From contig OY729431.1 in assembly GCA_963422395.1 (NCBI GenBank), positions 96,001-160,000 of the forward strand: a DNA stretch of 64,000 bases, written 5' to 3'. This document shows positions 29,565-39,115 of this stretch, in pieces. Position 1 is the stretch's first letter. Each line of letters opens with the position of its first letter. The position numbers were made by a program, and so were the translations under genes. Below the pieces are notes generated by a model. The model did not search any database. It was not told the DNA's origin and worked only from the letters and a program-made list of their open reading frames with translations. This DNA comes from Vicinamibacteria bacterium. Lineage in GTDB: Bacteria; Acidobacteriota; Vicinamibacteria; Marinacidobacterales; Marinacidobacteraceae.

Positions 29565-31568
29565 GTGGATCCTCGGAATCGCCGCGCCTCGGCGCGCCAC
29601 TTCTGCCCGATCCCGGTCGCCGACCGGGCGCATGCCCTCGGTGAGGGTCGGACGCTGGCGGCCGCCGGGGCCGCACTCTCCCCGGCGTCGGCCGCCGCGC
29701 TCCGCGCTGCCCTGCTCGGGGGCGAGACCCACTACTCCCCCCGCCCGGGCCTTCCCGAACTGCGGGAGTCGGTCGGCCGCCGGCTCGAAGCTGCGGGTGC
29801 GCCGGCGGGCGGTGCGGTGGTCATCACCGCCGGGCGGCAGGAGGCGCTCTTCTGCGCCCTCGCCGGGGCGCGGGCCGAGGCCGGAGGGGATCCGCCGGTG
29901 GCGGTGGCGGTGTCTCCAGGCGCGGGCGGGTCGGAAGTGCTCGCAGCCTGCGCCGCTCTCGAACTCGTCCCCATCGGATCGCCCGGCGGAAGGGCGCCGG
30001 TCGCACGAATCACCACCCCGGACGAAGCGGAGGAAGACGGGTCAGGCGAAAAGAGCGTGGACGAAGCGGCAAGCACCCCCTTCCCGATCGTGGATTGTGG
30101 CGACCGACTCCTCCGCACCGGCATCGACGGTGAGGGCGAGGCGCGGTTTCTCGCCGGAATCGGAGAGGACGCAGTGCTCGTCGGCTCGCTCGACGGCCTG
30201 CCCGAGCTCGCGCCCTTCCGGGTGGGTTTCTTCCGAGCACCGCCCGCCCTGCTGGGCCGGCTGCGCAGCTTGAAACAGGCGATTTCCATCTGCACGGCCT
30301 CCCCTTCGCAGCGGGCGGCCGCGCTCGCGCTCGACGCCGGGCCTCCTCTCCCGGCCGCCCCTCCGGGCAAGGGCGCTGTTTCGGGAAAGGGAAAGGACGA
30401 TTCCCGCTATTCGCTGATGGAGCTCGCGGCTCGGCTCGAAGGGGTGGTGAGCCTCGGAAGGGGCGACCCCGACGCGGACGCCCCGGCGGCGGTGATCGAG
30501 GCTGCTTCCGCCCGGCTCGGCGACATCGAGCCGCTCGAACCCCGGGGTCAGGGCTGGCTCCGGAAGCGGATCGCCGAACGCGAGGAGGCGCGGACGGGAG
30601 TCCGGTGGAACCCGAAGACCGAAGTCCTGGTGACCGGAGGCGCCCAGGAGGGGATCGCGCTCGCCATGCTGGCGCTCCTCGGGGAACGCGAGGAGGTGTT
30701 GCTCGGCGATCCCCGCTACACCTCGTACGAGCAGTCGATCGCGCTGGCGCGGGGCCGGATGGCGCCCGTCCCCTGCGGGGGTCAGCCCGTCGGCGGCGAA
30801 CCCGATCGGAAGGGAGCCGACCCCGCAGAAGCCGAGGGGGAGGACTTCGGGATGCGGGCAGCGGCGGCCGAGGCCGTACTCCGCCGTGCCGACCGGCCCC
30901 GCCTGCTCGTGATCGTGAACTTCCAGAACCCGACCGGCGCCCGCACCAGGGACGGAGAAGTCGAGGATCTCTGCCGGATCGCCGACCGCGGCCACCTGTG
31001 GGTGCTCTCCGACGAGGTGTACGCCGAGATGGCGCTCGACGGCGCGGGTCCGGTGCTCTCCCCGGCGCGGCTGCCGAGGATGCGGAACCGCACTCTGACC
31101 CTCGGAAGTGTCTCGAAGAGCTATGCCATGACCGGCTTCCGCATCGGCTGGCTGACCGGCCCGGCAGACGCCATCGCCGCCTGCGCCCGAGTCAAGGCCG
31201 CCCTCTCCGGTCCGGCCCCGCTCTTCTCTCAGCGGGCGGCGGCGGCGGCGCTCACCGGCGGCGGTGACTTCCCCGCCCGGCTGCGCGATCTCTACGCGCC
31301 GCGGCGGCGGCTCCTCCTCGAAGGCCTCGCGCGCCTCGGGATCCCGACCGCAGCCCACGGCGGGGGTTTCTTCGTCTGGGCGGACATCTCCCGCTTCGGC
31401 CTCCCCGCCGAGGCGTTCTGCCGCCGCCTGCTCACCGAGGCGCGGGTGCTCGTCTTTCCGGGGACTGCATTCGGAAAGCGCTGGGACCGCTACGCCCGGG
31501 TCTCCATGCTGCAGTCGGAAGACCAGATCGAGGAAGCACTGACCCGCATGGAGAATTTTTCGGGCTGA
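29565..31568 (+). CDS. Class I/II PLP aminotransferase with a duplicated, degenerate N-terminal domain
   Basis: C-half: NFQNPTG, SDEVY, SVSKSYAMTGFRIGW. N-half: HYSPRPGLPELR, ITAGRQEAL, GSLDGLPELAPFRVGF. Confidence 0.85.
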   Translation: MDPRNRRASARHFCPIPVADRAHALGEGRTLAAAGAALSPASAAALRAALLGGETHYSPRPGLPELRESVGRRLEAAGAPAGGAVVITAGRQEALFCALAGARAEAGGDPPVAVAVSPGAGGSEVLAACAALELVPIGSPGGRAPVARITTPDEAEEDGSGEKSVDEAASTPFPIVDCGDRLLRTGIDGEGEARFLAGIGEDAVLVGSLDGLPELAPFRVGFFRAPPALLGRLRSLKQAISICTASPSQRAAALALDAGPPLPAAPPGKGAVSGKGKDDSRYSLMELAARLEGVVSLGRGDPDADAPAAVIEAASARLGDIEPLEPRGQGWLRKRIAEREEARTGVRWNPKTEVLVTGGAQEGIALAMLALLGEREEVLLGDPRYTSYEQSIALARGRMAPVPCGGQPVGGEPDRKGADPAEAEGEDFGMRAAAAEAVLRRADRPRLLVIVNFQNPTGARTRDGEVEDLCRIADRGHLWVLSDEVYAEMALDGAGPVLSPARLPRMRNRTLTLGSVSKSYAMTGFRIGWLTGPADAIAACARVKAALSGPAPLFSQRAAAAALTGGGDFPARLRDLYAPRRRLLLEGLARLGIPTAAHGGGFFVWADISRFGLPAEAFCRRLLTEARVLVFPGTAFGKRWDRYARVSMLQSEDQIEEALTRMENFSG

Positions 31569-32884
31569 CCAGACGCCCGACGGCGGAGGCGTCCCGGCCC
31601 CACTCGGGAACGATCCGTATTCCCGCCAGCCGTCGAGGAGGTCCTCGACGGCGCGCCACAGCTTGTCGAAGGACGGCACCGAGGATGCTGCGGCCCTCGT
31701 CGTCGAGCGGCGCCAGGCTGCGGATCGGACGCGAGAAGTTCCATCCGGAGCAACTCACCCGCCGTTGCGAGTCGGTCACCGAGGATGCCGCGGCCCTTGT
31801 CGTCGAGCGGCCCGAGCCGGGTTTTTCCGGCTTCCGAGACGACCGCGAGGAGCGACTCCACCGGCAGGTCCTCATGGTCCAACAGGTCGGCGCTGTGCGT
31901 GGTCGCGATGATCTGGAGGGTTCCGCTCACCTCCTGGAGCGCATCCATCAGCGCGGCCGCGGCGGCCGGGTGGAGGGCGCTCTCCGGTTCCTCGATTCCG
32001 ACGAGCCGAACCGTGCGCGGCGTGTCGCCAGCGCCCTGAAAAATCGCTACCAGCACCCCGAACGCGCGAAGCGTCCCGTCCGACATGCTGTTCGCCGAGA
32101 ATCGCCAGGGAGCGGCGTCGCCGCGCACCTTCTGCAAGAACTCGAGCGTGAGTTTCGGCCCGAGCGTCTTCGTCTCGACTCTCTCGATTCCTGGAACGAT
32201 CGCGGCGCAATAGCGGGTGATCCGCTCGACCGCGGAGCCTTCGCTCGCCTTCAGCGCCGCGAACACGCTCGCCAGGTTTGCGCCGTCGCGGTCGAGAACG
32301 CCGCCCGGCGCCGGGGACTGGAGGTCGCGTATCCGCTTCGGATCGAGGTTGTAGAAGCCCATCCCGGAGAGAACGTCGTACACCGGCCGGAACACCGGGT
32401 GGTTCGAGGCGGGGAGCAGGTACAACCGGTCGGACTGGCCGACGCGGGGAAGCCCAGAGGCGGAGGATGGGATGAGTTCACCATCCTCCGTTCGGAAGCG
32501 CCCCGTCTGCGCGGGGTCCGTTGAGCGGACCGCACACTCTTCGCGGCGCACGGCGTAGCCGCCGTTCGGGCGCGCGCCGACCGAGAAGGCATAGGAGGCC
32601 TCCACTCCGGGAAGCCGGAGTTCGAGTGTGATCCCGAAGTGATTCGGATGACCGCGCGAGCGGCGCCGCACCTCGCGGATCCCGCCGCGCTCGCGCAGCG
32701 CATGGTCGAGCGACGAACGGAGCGCCTGCGAGGTGAAGCGCAGCGCGTCGAGGAAGTTGCTCTTGCCCGCGCCGTTCGGCCCCACCAGCAGCGTGAGCGG
32801 CTGCAACGGAACGTCGCAGGCGGCGATGCTCTTGTAGTTGCGGAGGCGGACCCGAGTGATGGTTCGGGAATCCGTGTCGGTCAT
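31490..32884 (-). CDS. ABC/AAA_21-type ATPase (defence-associated type) with aberrant read-through C-terminus
   Basis: ATG 32884; RLRNYKSI, GPNGAGKSN, SMSDGTLR, GIEEPE, TTHS. Confidence 0.88.
   Translation of the reverse strand: MTDTDSRTITRVRLRNYKSIAACDVPLQPLTLLVGPNGAGKSNFLDALRFTSQALRSSLDHALRERGGIREVRRRSRGHPNHFGITLELRLPGVEASYAFSVGARPNGGYAVRREECAVRSTDPAQTGRFRTEDGELIPSSASGLPRVGQSDRLYLLPASNHPVFRPVYDVLSGMGFYNLDPKRIRDLQSPAPGGVLDRDGANLASVFAALKASEGSAVERITRYCAAIVPGIERVETKTLGPKLTLEFLQKVRGDAAPWRFSANSMSDGTLRAFGVLVAIFQGAGDTPRTVRLVGIEEPESALHPAAAAALMDALQEVSGTLQIIATTHSADLLDHEDLPVESLLAVVSEAGKTRLGPLDDKGRGILGDRLATAGELLRMELLASDPQPGAARRRGPQHPRCRPSTSCGAPSRTSSTAGGNTDRSRVGPGRLRRRASGQPEKFSMRVSASSIWSSDCSMETRA
31632..31679 (-). 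pseudogene. Probable C-terminal remnant of a DUF4276-like partner gene
   Basis: VPSFDKLWRAVEDLL resembles the typical SPSFDK C-terminus of DUF4276 proteins that follow such ATPases; no N-terminal part present. Confidence 0.45.
31677..31811. repeat. 35 bp direct repeat (31677-31711 / 31777-31811)
   Basis: CACCGAGGATGC(T/C)GCGGCCCT(C/T)GTCGTCGAGCGGC, 33/35 identical, period 100 bp. Confidence 0.9.
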
Positions 32885-32960
32885 CGGGGTCGGGTTCGGA
32901 TCGTAGCCGAGGCGCTGCGGCCCGGCCCCGTAGAATCGGACCGCGCGGGAGGAACGTCCG

Positions 32961-34415
32961 ATGACCGAACCACGGAGCCGGGATGCCTCGTCGGGGCTGG
33001 CAGCCGCGGCCGCGTTACTGGCCGCGCTGGCCGGGTGCGGGGCCGGGGGCGAACCCGCGAAGGAAGCGAACGAGGGCCGCTTCCGGAAGTACGCCGCCGG
33101 GATCGGGGCGCACCACCTCTGCTCCGGAGTGTTCGTGTTGGGGAGGGTCACAGAACGCTCGCCGGAGACGGTGCTCGCCGAGGACATCCTGCCGTTCGAC
33201 GGCTGGGCATGGCAGGACGACTTCGAGTGGGAGGTAGACCTTCCGGATCGAAGCGCCACCGTGTGGGCTGCCGATGTGAACCCGCGCACCGCCCGCTACC
33301 ACGGCGACCAGGGGTGCACGCTGCTCGAGGACGGAGCCGACTCGGTGCGGTTCCCGCCGGTTCCGGTGCCGCGGAACCAGCCCCCGGCGGCGGAGCAGGA
33401 CTGGCCGCTCGGCGACCGGGGTGCCGAAGACCCCGACCAGCCGGGAGTGGACCGGGCGGCGCTCGCCGCCGCGCTCGATGCCGCGATGGGGGAGGAACAG
33501 AACACTCGCGCCCTCGCAGTGGTCCGGCGGGGAAAGATCGTGGGCGAGCGCTACGCCCCCGGCTTCACCCGGAACACCCCGCAGATCAGCTGGTCCGAAG
33601 GCAAGAGCATCACCGCCGCCCTGATCGGAGTGCTGATGCAGCAGGGTCACTTCGGACTCGACGATCCGGCGCCGATCGCCGAATGGCGGGAGGAGGGCGA
33701 TCCCCGCGGCGCGATCCTGATGCGGCACCTGCTCACCATGAGCAGCGGGCTCGACATGACGAACAGCGGGTTCGACGGGCCATCCTCGCTGGTCCCCGAG
33801 AACGAACACATGCGGGTCTATTTCGACGCGCTGCAGGTATTCGAGCACGCCTCCGGCCAGCCCTACGGCATCCCGCCGGGCACCGAGTTCCGCTACCGCA
33901 ACTCCGACCCGCTCAGCCTGGGGCGCATCGTCCGGGAGACGGTCGAGAACGCGGGCGAGGAATACCTCACCTACCCGCAGCGGATGCTGTTCGACCGGAT
34001 CGGCTCCCGCGACTTCGTGCTCGAGCCCGATCCCTGGGGCAACTTCATCCTGAGCGGCTACGACTACGGGAGCGCCGCCGACTGGATGCGCTTCGGCCTC
34101 TTGCACATCTGGGACGGCGTGTTCGAGGGCGACCGCATCCTGCCCGAGGGCTGGTCGGAGTTCGTGAGCAGCCCTTCGCCTGGGGCGCACAACGGGGAAT
34201 ACGGCGGGCTCTGGTGGCTGAACCTCGGCGGCCGGCACCCGGACCTCCCGAAAGACGCCTACTGGGCGGCGGGCCACATGGGACAGATCACCATGGTCCT
34301 CCCCTCCGATGCGGTGGTGGTCGTCCGCCTCGGCCCCAGCCCCGGCGGATTCGACGCCTATCTGAACCGGACCGTCAGCGCGATCCTCGCCGCTTTCGAC
34401 GAGAACGCACGATAG
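32961..34415 (+). CDS. Serine hydrolase (beta-lactamase/AmpC-like), probable lipoprotein
   Basis: Lipobox LAGC, SxxK (SEGK), YxN (YRN), LLTMSSG, AAGHMGQ. Confidence 0.88.
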   Translation: MTEPRSRDASSGLAAAAALLAALAGCGAGGEPAKEANEGRFRKYAAGIGAHHLCSGVFVLGRVTERSPETVLAEDILPFDGWAWQDDFEWEVDLPDRSATVWAADVNPRTARYHGDQGCTLLEDGADSVRFPPVPVPRNQPPAAEQDWPLGDRGAEDPDQPGVDRAALAAALDAAMGEEQNTRALAVVRRGKIVGERYAPGFTRNTPQISWSEGKSITAALIGVLMQQGHFGLDDPAPIAEWREEGDPRGAILMRHLLTMSSGLDMTNSGFDGPSSLVPENEHMRVYFDALQVFEHASGQPYGIPPGTEFRYRNSDPLSLGRIVRETVENAGEEYLTYPQRMLFDRIGSRDFVLEPDPWGNFILSGYDYGSAADWMRFGLLHIWDGVFEGDRILPEGWSEFVSSPSPGAHNGEYGGLWWLNLGGRHPDLPKDAYWAAGHMGQITMVLPSDAVVVVRLGPSPGGFDAYLNRTVSAILAAFDENAR

Positions 34416-34507
34416 GCGGATCGGGCGGCGTCAGCCTGGCCCCCGGCGCGGACCCCGCGAGGTCCGGCGCCGGGGGAACGCCGTTCCCCGCGGGGGGGAG
34501 ACTCGGA

Positions 34508-37414
34508 TCAGAAGATGATGCGGAGGCCGAGTTGCGCCTGCCGCTGGTTGCCGACCTGGGCGGCCCCGAGGCCGAATTCCGGATTCGGCGATCCGTCGCC
34601 GAGGACCGGCTCCTGCTGGTCGGCGCCGGAAACCCGGAAGGCCGCCGTGTCGAGGACGTTGAACATCTCGAAGAGAGCCTCGATCTGGGCGCCGCCGAAC
34701 CGGAGGCGTTTCGTGAGCCGCAGATCGAGGTTCGTCCAGGCGACGTTCCGCTCGCCATTCACCGGCGCGAGTTCGCCGGAGATCACCGCCCGGGTCTGGG
34801 GGCCATGAGGGCCGACGAAGAAGCCGGGGTGGTTGTGGAAACCCACCTCCGGGTCGAGGGCGGTGTAGGGCGAGCCCGACTGGGCGGTGAAGATGCCGCT
34901 CACCAGGACCTCGAAGGGCAGGGTGAAGACTCCACTGGCTACGAAGCGGTGGGGGATGTCGCGGCTGGAGATGCCCCAGTCGTAGTCTGGATCCGACGGA
35001 TCGGTGAGCGTCAAGCTTCCCGAGGAGCGCTCGTTGTCGTCGTTCGAGCGGTCGCGCGACCAGGTGTAGTGCGCCTGGAACTGGATGCCGTCGCGAAAGC
35101 GGCGGCGGAGCGCCGCAGTGAGCGCTGCGTAGTCGGAACGAGCGACTGAGTCCCGGACCAGGATGGTCCCGTAAGCCGGATCGATCCGCTCGCCGGAGTA
35201 CACCGGGCGGCCGAAGCCGTCCCGGGTCGGCGCCGGCACATTCGCGTCCACATTCGAGGCGAGGGTGTCGCCGCGCGCATAGACGAAGTCCAGCGAGGCG
35301 GCGAGATCACGGCCGACCTCCCGCTCGTAGCCGAAGTTGAAGCGCGCGGTCCGCGGGTCCTCGAAGTCGGGATGGACATGGCTCAGCGAGGGGATCAGGC
35401 CGGCGGGCGGGTTGGCGTTGTCGATCGGCGCGCCGAGTGACGAGAATCCGGTCTGTCCGGGAGAGACGATGGCGTTTCCATAGCGCGGAAAGACGCCGGT
35501 GTCGCTGAAAGCGGAGAAGAACAGCAGCGTCGGCGTGCGGCCGTAGAAGACGCCGGCGCCGCCGCGGAGGATGCTCGCCGCATCGAGCGACCAGACGAAG
35601 CCGGCGCGCGGGGAGAAGTTGTCGAGGTCGTCGGGGACGCTCGTCCCTTCCGGCAGGACATGCTGGATGCCGCCGGGGTTGAAGGTGGCGTCCCAGCGGG
35701 CGCCGTAGTTCAGGGTGAGCCGGGAGCTCGGGCTCCACGAATCCTGCGCGTAGAGGCCCACCGTCTGCTGGGTGACATCGAAGTTCGGATTCGACACATC
35801 CCCGAAGAAGATCCGGGCGCGGGCGGCGTTGCCGCTCGTGAAGTCGTCCACCGAGTCGAAGTCGTAGCGCCCATCGGCGTTCCCGGCGAAGTACTCGCTC
35901 AGCAGGTCGTGGTTCAGACTGAAGCCGAGGCGGATCTCGTGGTTCCCGGCGAGGAAGGAGAAGCGCTCCTGGATCTCGAACTTCTGCTCGTCCACATAGA
36001 TCGGCAGCCACCAGGGCTTGCCGAAGGAGCCGAAGGAGGGCGAGAAGATGCGAAAGTTGGCCTGGAGCGCCCCGTCGGGCAGGTTCGCCAGTCGGTCGAG
36101 GTCGTCATAGGCGTACTGGACCCGGAATTCGTTGACCCCGGTGTCGCCGATCAACGACACCACCGAGCCCACCAGCGCATGGGTGCGCTGGAGCTTCCGA
36201 GATTCTTCGGCGACATAGTCGGAGGTGCGCGCGTAGTCGGTGAAGTTGTAGCGGAGGGTCAGCGAGTGCCGGTCGTTCACCCGGTGGTTCAGCTTCCCGA
36301 AGAGGATTAGGTTGTCGGTCGCGCGGACGAACTGCCCGCTGGCGGTGCCGTCGCCGTTGGGGCTGAACCCGTTGAGCAGATCGGGATAGCGGGCGAGCAC
36401 TGCGTCGTACTGTCCGGCGCCCCGGATGTCCTGGAGGAAGGGCTGGCTGCGCGCGGTCTGGTCGTAGGACAAGAAGAAGTGGGTGCGGTCGCGGGCGATC
36501 GGGCCTCCGAAGGAGGCGCCCCAGTTGTAGCGCTCGAATTCGTCCACCTCATAGCGGTCGTCGTCCGCGGCGATGCCCTGCGCGCCGTCGAGCGGCGACT
36601 GCGGGAGCCGGGCGACCATCCGGTGGTCGCGGAAGAAGAGGAAGCCGGAACCGGCGAAGTCGTTCGTTCCGGCCTTGGTGACCACATTGATGTAGCCCCC
36701 CCCGGAACGGCCGGCCTCGGCGGAATAGCCACTGGTGACCACCTGGAATTCCTTCACCGATTCCTGCGCCACGACGAGGCCGCCGTTCTCGGTCGCCTCC
36801 CCGCCGCGGCCGTAGCCGAAGAAGGCGCTCTTGGCGTCGGTACCGTCGATGGTGAGCCCCGAGTTGATGCCGCGCTGCCCGCTGAGCGAGATCCCGCCCC
36901 GCTGCGGCTCGACCTTGACCGTCGGTTTCAGCAGCGCGAACTGCACGAAGTCGCGTCCCGAGATCGGCAGCGAGGAGATCTCCTCCTCGGCTACATAGCC
37001 GGCGGCGCCCCCCCGCCCGACTTCGAGGAGCGGAGCTTCTGCGGTCACCAGAACCGTCTCCTCGACCGAGGCGAGTCCGAGCTGCATGTCCACTTCGAGG
37101 ACCTGCCCGACCTGGAGCCGGATCGCCTCTCGGCGCGCGGTGCGGAACCCGGAGAGCGAGGCGACGAGGTCGTATTCCCCGCTGGGAACGGCTCGGAGCG
37201 CGAAGAAGCCCTGGGCATTCGTGACCGCAGTGCGGCCTTGGCCGCGTTCGCGGTCGGCGAGATCCACGGAGGCGCCGGGGAGCGCGGCGCCGGTCTCGTC
37301 GGTGATGAACCCCTGGACCGTGGCGAGCGACTGAGCGTCAGCGAGGGGCGAGGGGAAAGGCGCGAGGGCGAGGGCCAGCAGCGCGCCGGCTAAAGTGATC
37401 CTGGATCGAGTCAT
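34508..37414 (-). CDS. TonB-dependent receptor with carboxypeptidase-regulatory-like N-domain (Oar type)
   Basis: DETGAALPGA, LPISGRDF, EFQVVTSGYSAE.GRSGGG, NFSPRAG, terminal Phe. Confidence 0.92.
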   Translation of the reverse strand: MTRSRITLAGALLALALAPFPSPLADAQSLATVQGFITDETGAALPGASVDLADRERGQGRTAVTNAQGFFALRAVPSGEYDLVASLSGFRTARREAIRLQVGQVLEVDMQLGLASVEETVLVTAEAPLLEVGRGGAAGYVAEEEISSLPISGRDFVQFALLKPTVKVEPQRGGISLSGQRGINSGLTIDGTDAKSAFFGYGRGGEATENGGLVVAQESVKEFQVVTSGYSAEAGRSGGGYINVVTKAGTNDFAGSGFLFFRDHRMVARLPQSPLDGAQGIAADDDRYEVDEFERYNWGASFGGPIARDRTHFFLSYDQTARSQPFLQDIRGAGQYDAVLARYPDLLNGFSPNGDGTASGQFVRATDNLILFGKLNHRVNDRHSLTLRYNFTDYARTSDYVAEESRKLQRTHALVGSVVSLIGDTGVNEFRVQYAYDDLDRLANLPDGALQANFRIFSPSFGSFGKPWWLPIYVDEQKFEIQERFSFLAGNHEIRLGFSLNHDLLSEYFAGNADGRYDFDSVDDFTSGNAARARIFFGDVSNPNFDVTQQTVGLYAQDSWSPSSRLTLNYGARWDATFNPGGIQHVLPEGTSVPDDLDNFSPRAGFVWSLDAASILRGGAGVFYGRTPTLLFFSAFSDTGVFPRYGNAIVSPGQTGFSSLGAPIDNANPPAGLIPSLSHVHPDFEDPRTARFNFGYEREVGRDLAASLDFVYARGDTLASNVDANVPAPTRDGFGRPVYSGERIDPAYGTILVRDSVARSDYAALTAALRRRFRDGIQFQAHYTWSRDRSNDDNERSSGSLTLTDPSDPDYDWGISSRDIPHRFVASGVFTLPFEVLVSGIFTAQSGSPYTALDPEVGFHNHPGFFVGPHGPQTRAVISGELAPVNGERNVAWTNLDLRLTKRLRFGGAQIEALFEMFNVLDTAAFRVSGADQQEPVLGDGSPNPEFGLGAAQVGNQRQAQLGLRIIF

Positions 37415-37524
37415 GGTCTGGGGGGTTCTCCCGGGGGAAAAGGCTGGAAGGAAGGGGGCGGGGGTCTCATGCGGCCCTCCGAAAGACGGAATCTTCGAGT
37501 TGAATTCGAGGCGGTTCAAGGACG

Positions 37525-38397
37525 ATGCGGAATAAAAATGAAGACAGACGCAGAATTTCCGGCGAAGCGGCGCCCCGCGGATGGCCCGGAAATCGGACCG
37601 CGGTGCAGGGCCCCGGAGGGTCTTCTTCTGGCGGGCAGCGGCTCGCCGGGAGAGTGGCGGTGGTCAGCGGTGCCGCCGCCGGGATCGGCCGGGCCACCGC
37701 TGAGCTCTTCGCCGAAGAGGGCGCCCGGGTGGTGCTCGCCGACATCGCCGGCGAGGCGGTCCGCGAAGCTGCGGCGGCGATCCGGGAGGCCGGCGGCGAA
37801 GCGCTCGCGGTGGCGGCCGATGTGTCCGAGGAAACGGGCGTCGAGGCGGTCATCGGCGCTGCTGAGCGGGGTCTCGGCCCGGTGGAGGTGCTCGTGAACA
37901 ACGCCGGGGTCGAGCTCAAGAAGCTCGTCGAGGACACGAGCCTCGCCGAGTGGGAGCGCATCTTGCGCACGAACCTGACCTCGGCGTTCCTGATGTCGCG
38001 GCGGGTGGTGCCCGGCATGAAGGAGCGGCGCCGCGGAGCGATCGTCATGAACTCTTCGGTGGGGAACTTCATCGCTGCGACCCGGAGTTCTGCGTACGGG
38101 GCGTCCAAGGCGGGCATGATGGCGCTCGCGCGAGGGCTCGCGCTCGAAGGGGCGCCGTACGGCATCCGGGTGAACGCCGTCTGCCCGGGGGTGATCGCCA
38201 CCCCGATGAATGAACGGAATCTGGCGCGGGCCGAGGACCCGGAGGCGATGCGGCGTTCGTGGTACGAGGTGACCCCGCTGGGCCGTCTGGGCACTCCCCG
38301 CGATGTCGCGCACGCGATCCTGTTCCTGGCGAGCGACGAGTCGAGCTTCGTGACCGGCCTGCCGTTGGTCATCGACGGCGGCAGGCTGATCCAGTAA
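37525..38397 (+). CDS. SDR family oxidoreductase (start uncertain)
   Basis: GAAAGIG, NNAG, YGASK, IRVNAVCPG, IDGG. Confidence 0.92.
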   Translation: MRNKNEDRRRISGEAAPRGWPGNRTAVQGPGGSSSGGQRLAGRVAVVSGAAAGIGRATAELFAEEGARVVLADIAGEAVREAAAAIREAGGEALAVAADVSEETGVEAVIGAAERGLGPVEVLVNNAGVELKKLVEDTSLAEWERILRTNLTSAFLMSRRVVPGMKERRRGAIVMNSSVGNFIAATRSSAYGASKAGMMALARGLALEGAPYGIRVNAVCPGVIATPMNERNLARAEDPEAMRRSWYEVTPLGRLGTPRDVAHAILFLASDESSFVTGLPLVIDGGRLIQ

Positions 38398-38540
38398 CGC
38401 AGTAGTTTCCGTCTGTCCTCACGGAATCCCGGCTTCCGAACGACCTCCGGAACCGCCGCGGGAGTTCGTCCGAAACGATGGAGTCTCTGGTCAGGTTGCG
38501 GTCGGGAGGATTGATCCGGCTTTCCCGCGCCGGCGGTCGG

Positions 38541-38744
38541 TCAGACTTCCAGCGTGGGGGCCGGTTCTGCCGGTTCGGGTTGCCGGGCTCGCGGACAGCC
38601 GTTGCAGGCGTCCCCGATCGGGCCTTCCTCTCCGCAGGGGCGGAGAGTGCAGCGGCGCCGGAGCAGCGAGCCGAGGCCCAGCAGGAAGATCGATAGAGCC
38701 GCGACCGCGACGGTGAGCAGGAGGATTCCGACCAGCTCCAGCAT
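38541..38744 (-). CDS. nqrM: Na+-NQR maturation protein NqrM-like
   Basis: Small protein, N-terminal TM plus four Cys (CTLRPC..CNGC); downstream of nqrF-apbE. Confidence 0.6.
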   Translation of the reverse strand: MLELVGILLLTVAVAALSIFLLGLGSLLRRRCTLRPCGEEGPIGDACNGCPRARQPEPAEPAPTLEV

Positions 38745-38920
38745 CGTCGGCGCATCCTACTTCCAACGGGAGTAGCCGGCGGCTCTCGGGGCTTCCTTTC
38801 GGGAACCGCGGCATCCAGGAAAGCCGGCGGCGCTGCGGAACGCGAAGGCCCGCGCGAAGAACCTCTCGCCGGTCGGTGCTGCGGCCGGTCGCCATTGAAA
38901 AGCGCCGGCTGCCGGCGCGC

Positions 38921-39115
38921 TTAGCAGCCTGTGGACAAAGTCACACGGCCAAAGGTCGGCGATGCCCAGTTCTCCCGGTGGGGGCCCCGGCTGAACGCTT
39001 CGCTCGGCGTTGCGATTCCGTCGGAATACACCCGGTATGCCTCCCGAATCGCGCCTTGTCAGCTGGGCGCCTCCCCGATCTTGGGGCTCGCGCCACTTTA
39101 TCCACAGACTGCTAG
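38921..39115. mobile_element. MITE copy 4 (187 bp; TTAG/CTAG)
   Basis: TTAG-CAGCCTGTGGAC...TTATCCACAGACTG-CTAG; right CTAG contains the HNH gene stop. Confidence 0.9.

Noticed and set aside
38398-38540. Possible HEPN-like fragment (RRFRRSFG..RTDGNY) after nqrM
   Set aside because: The resemblance is too weak to call without an HMM search
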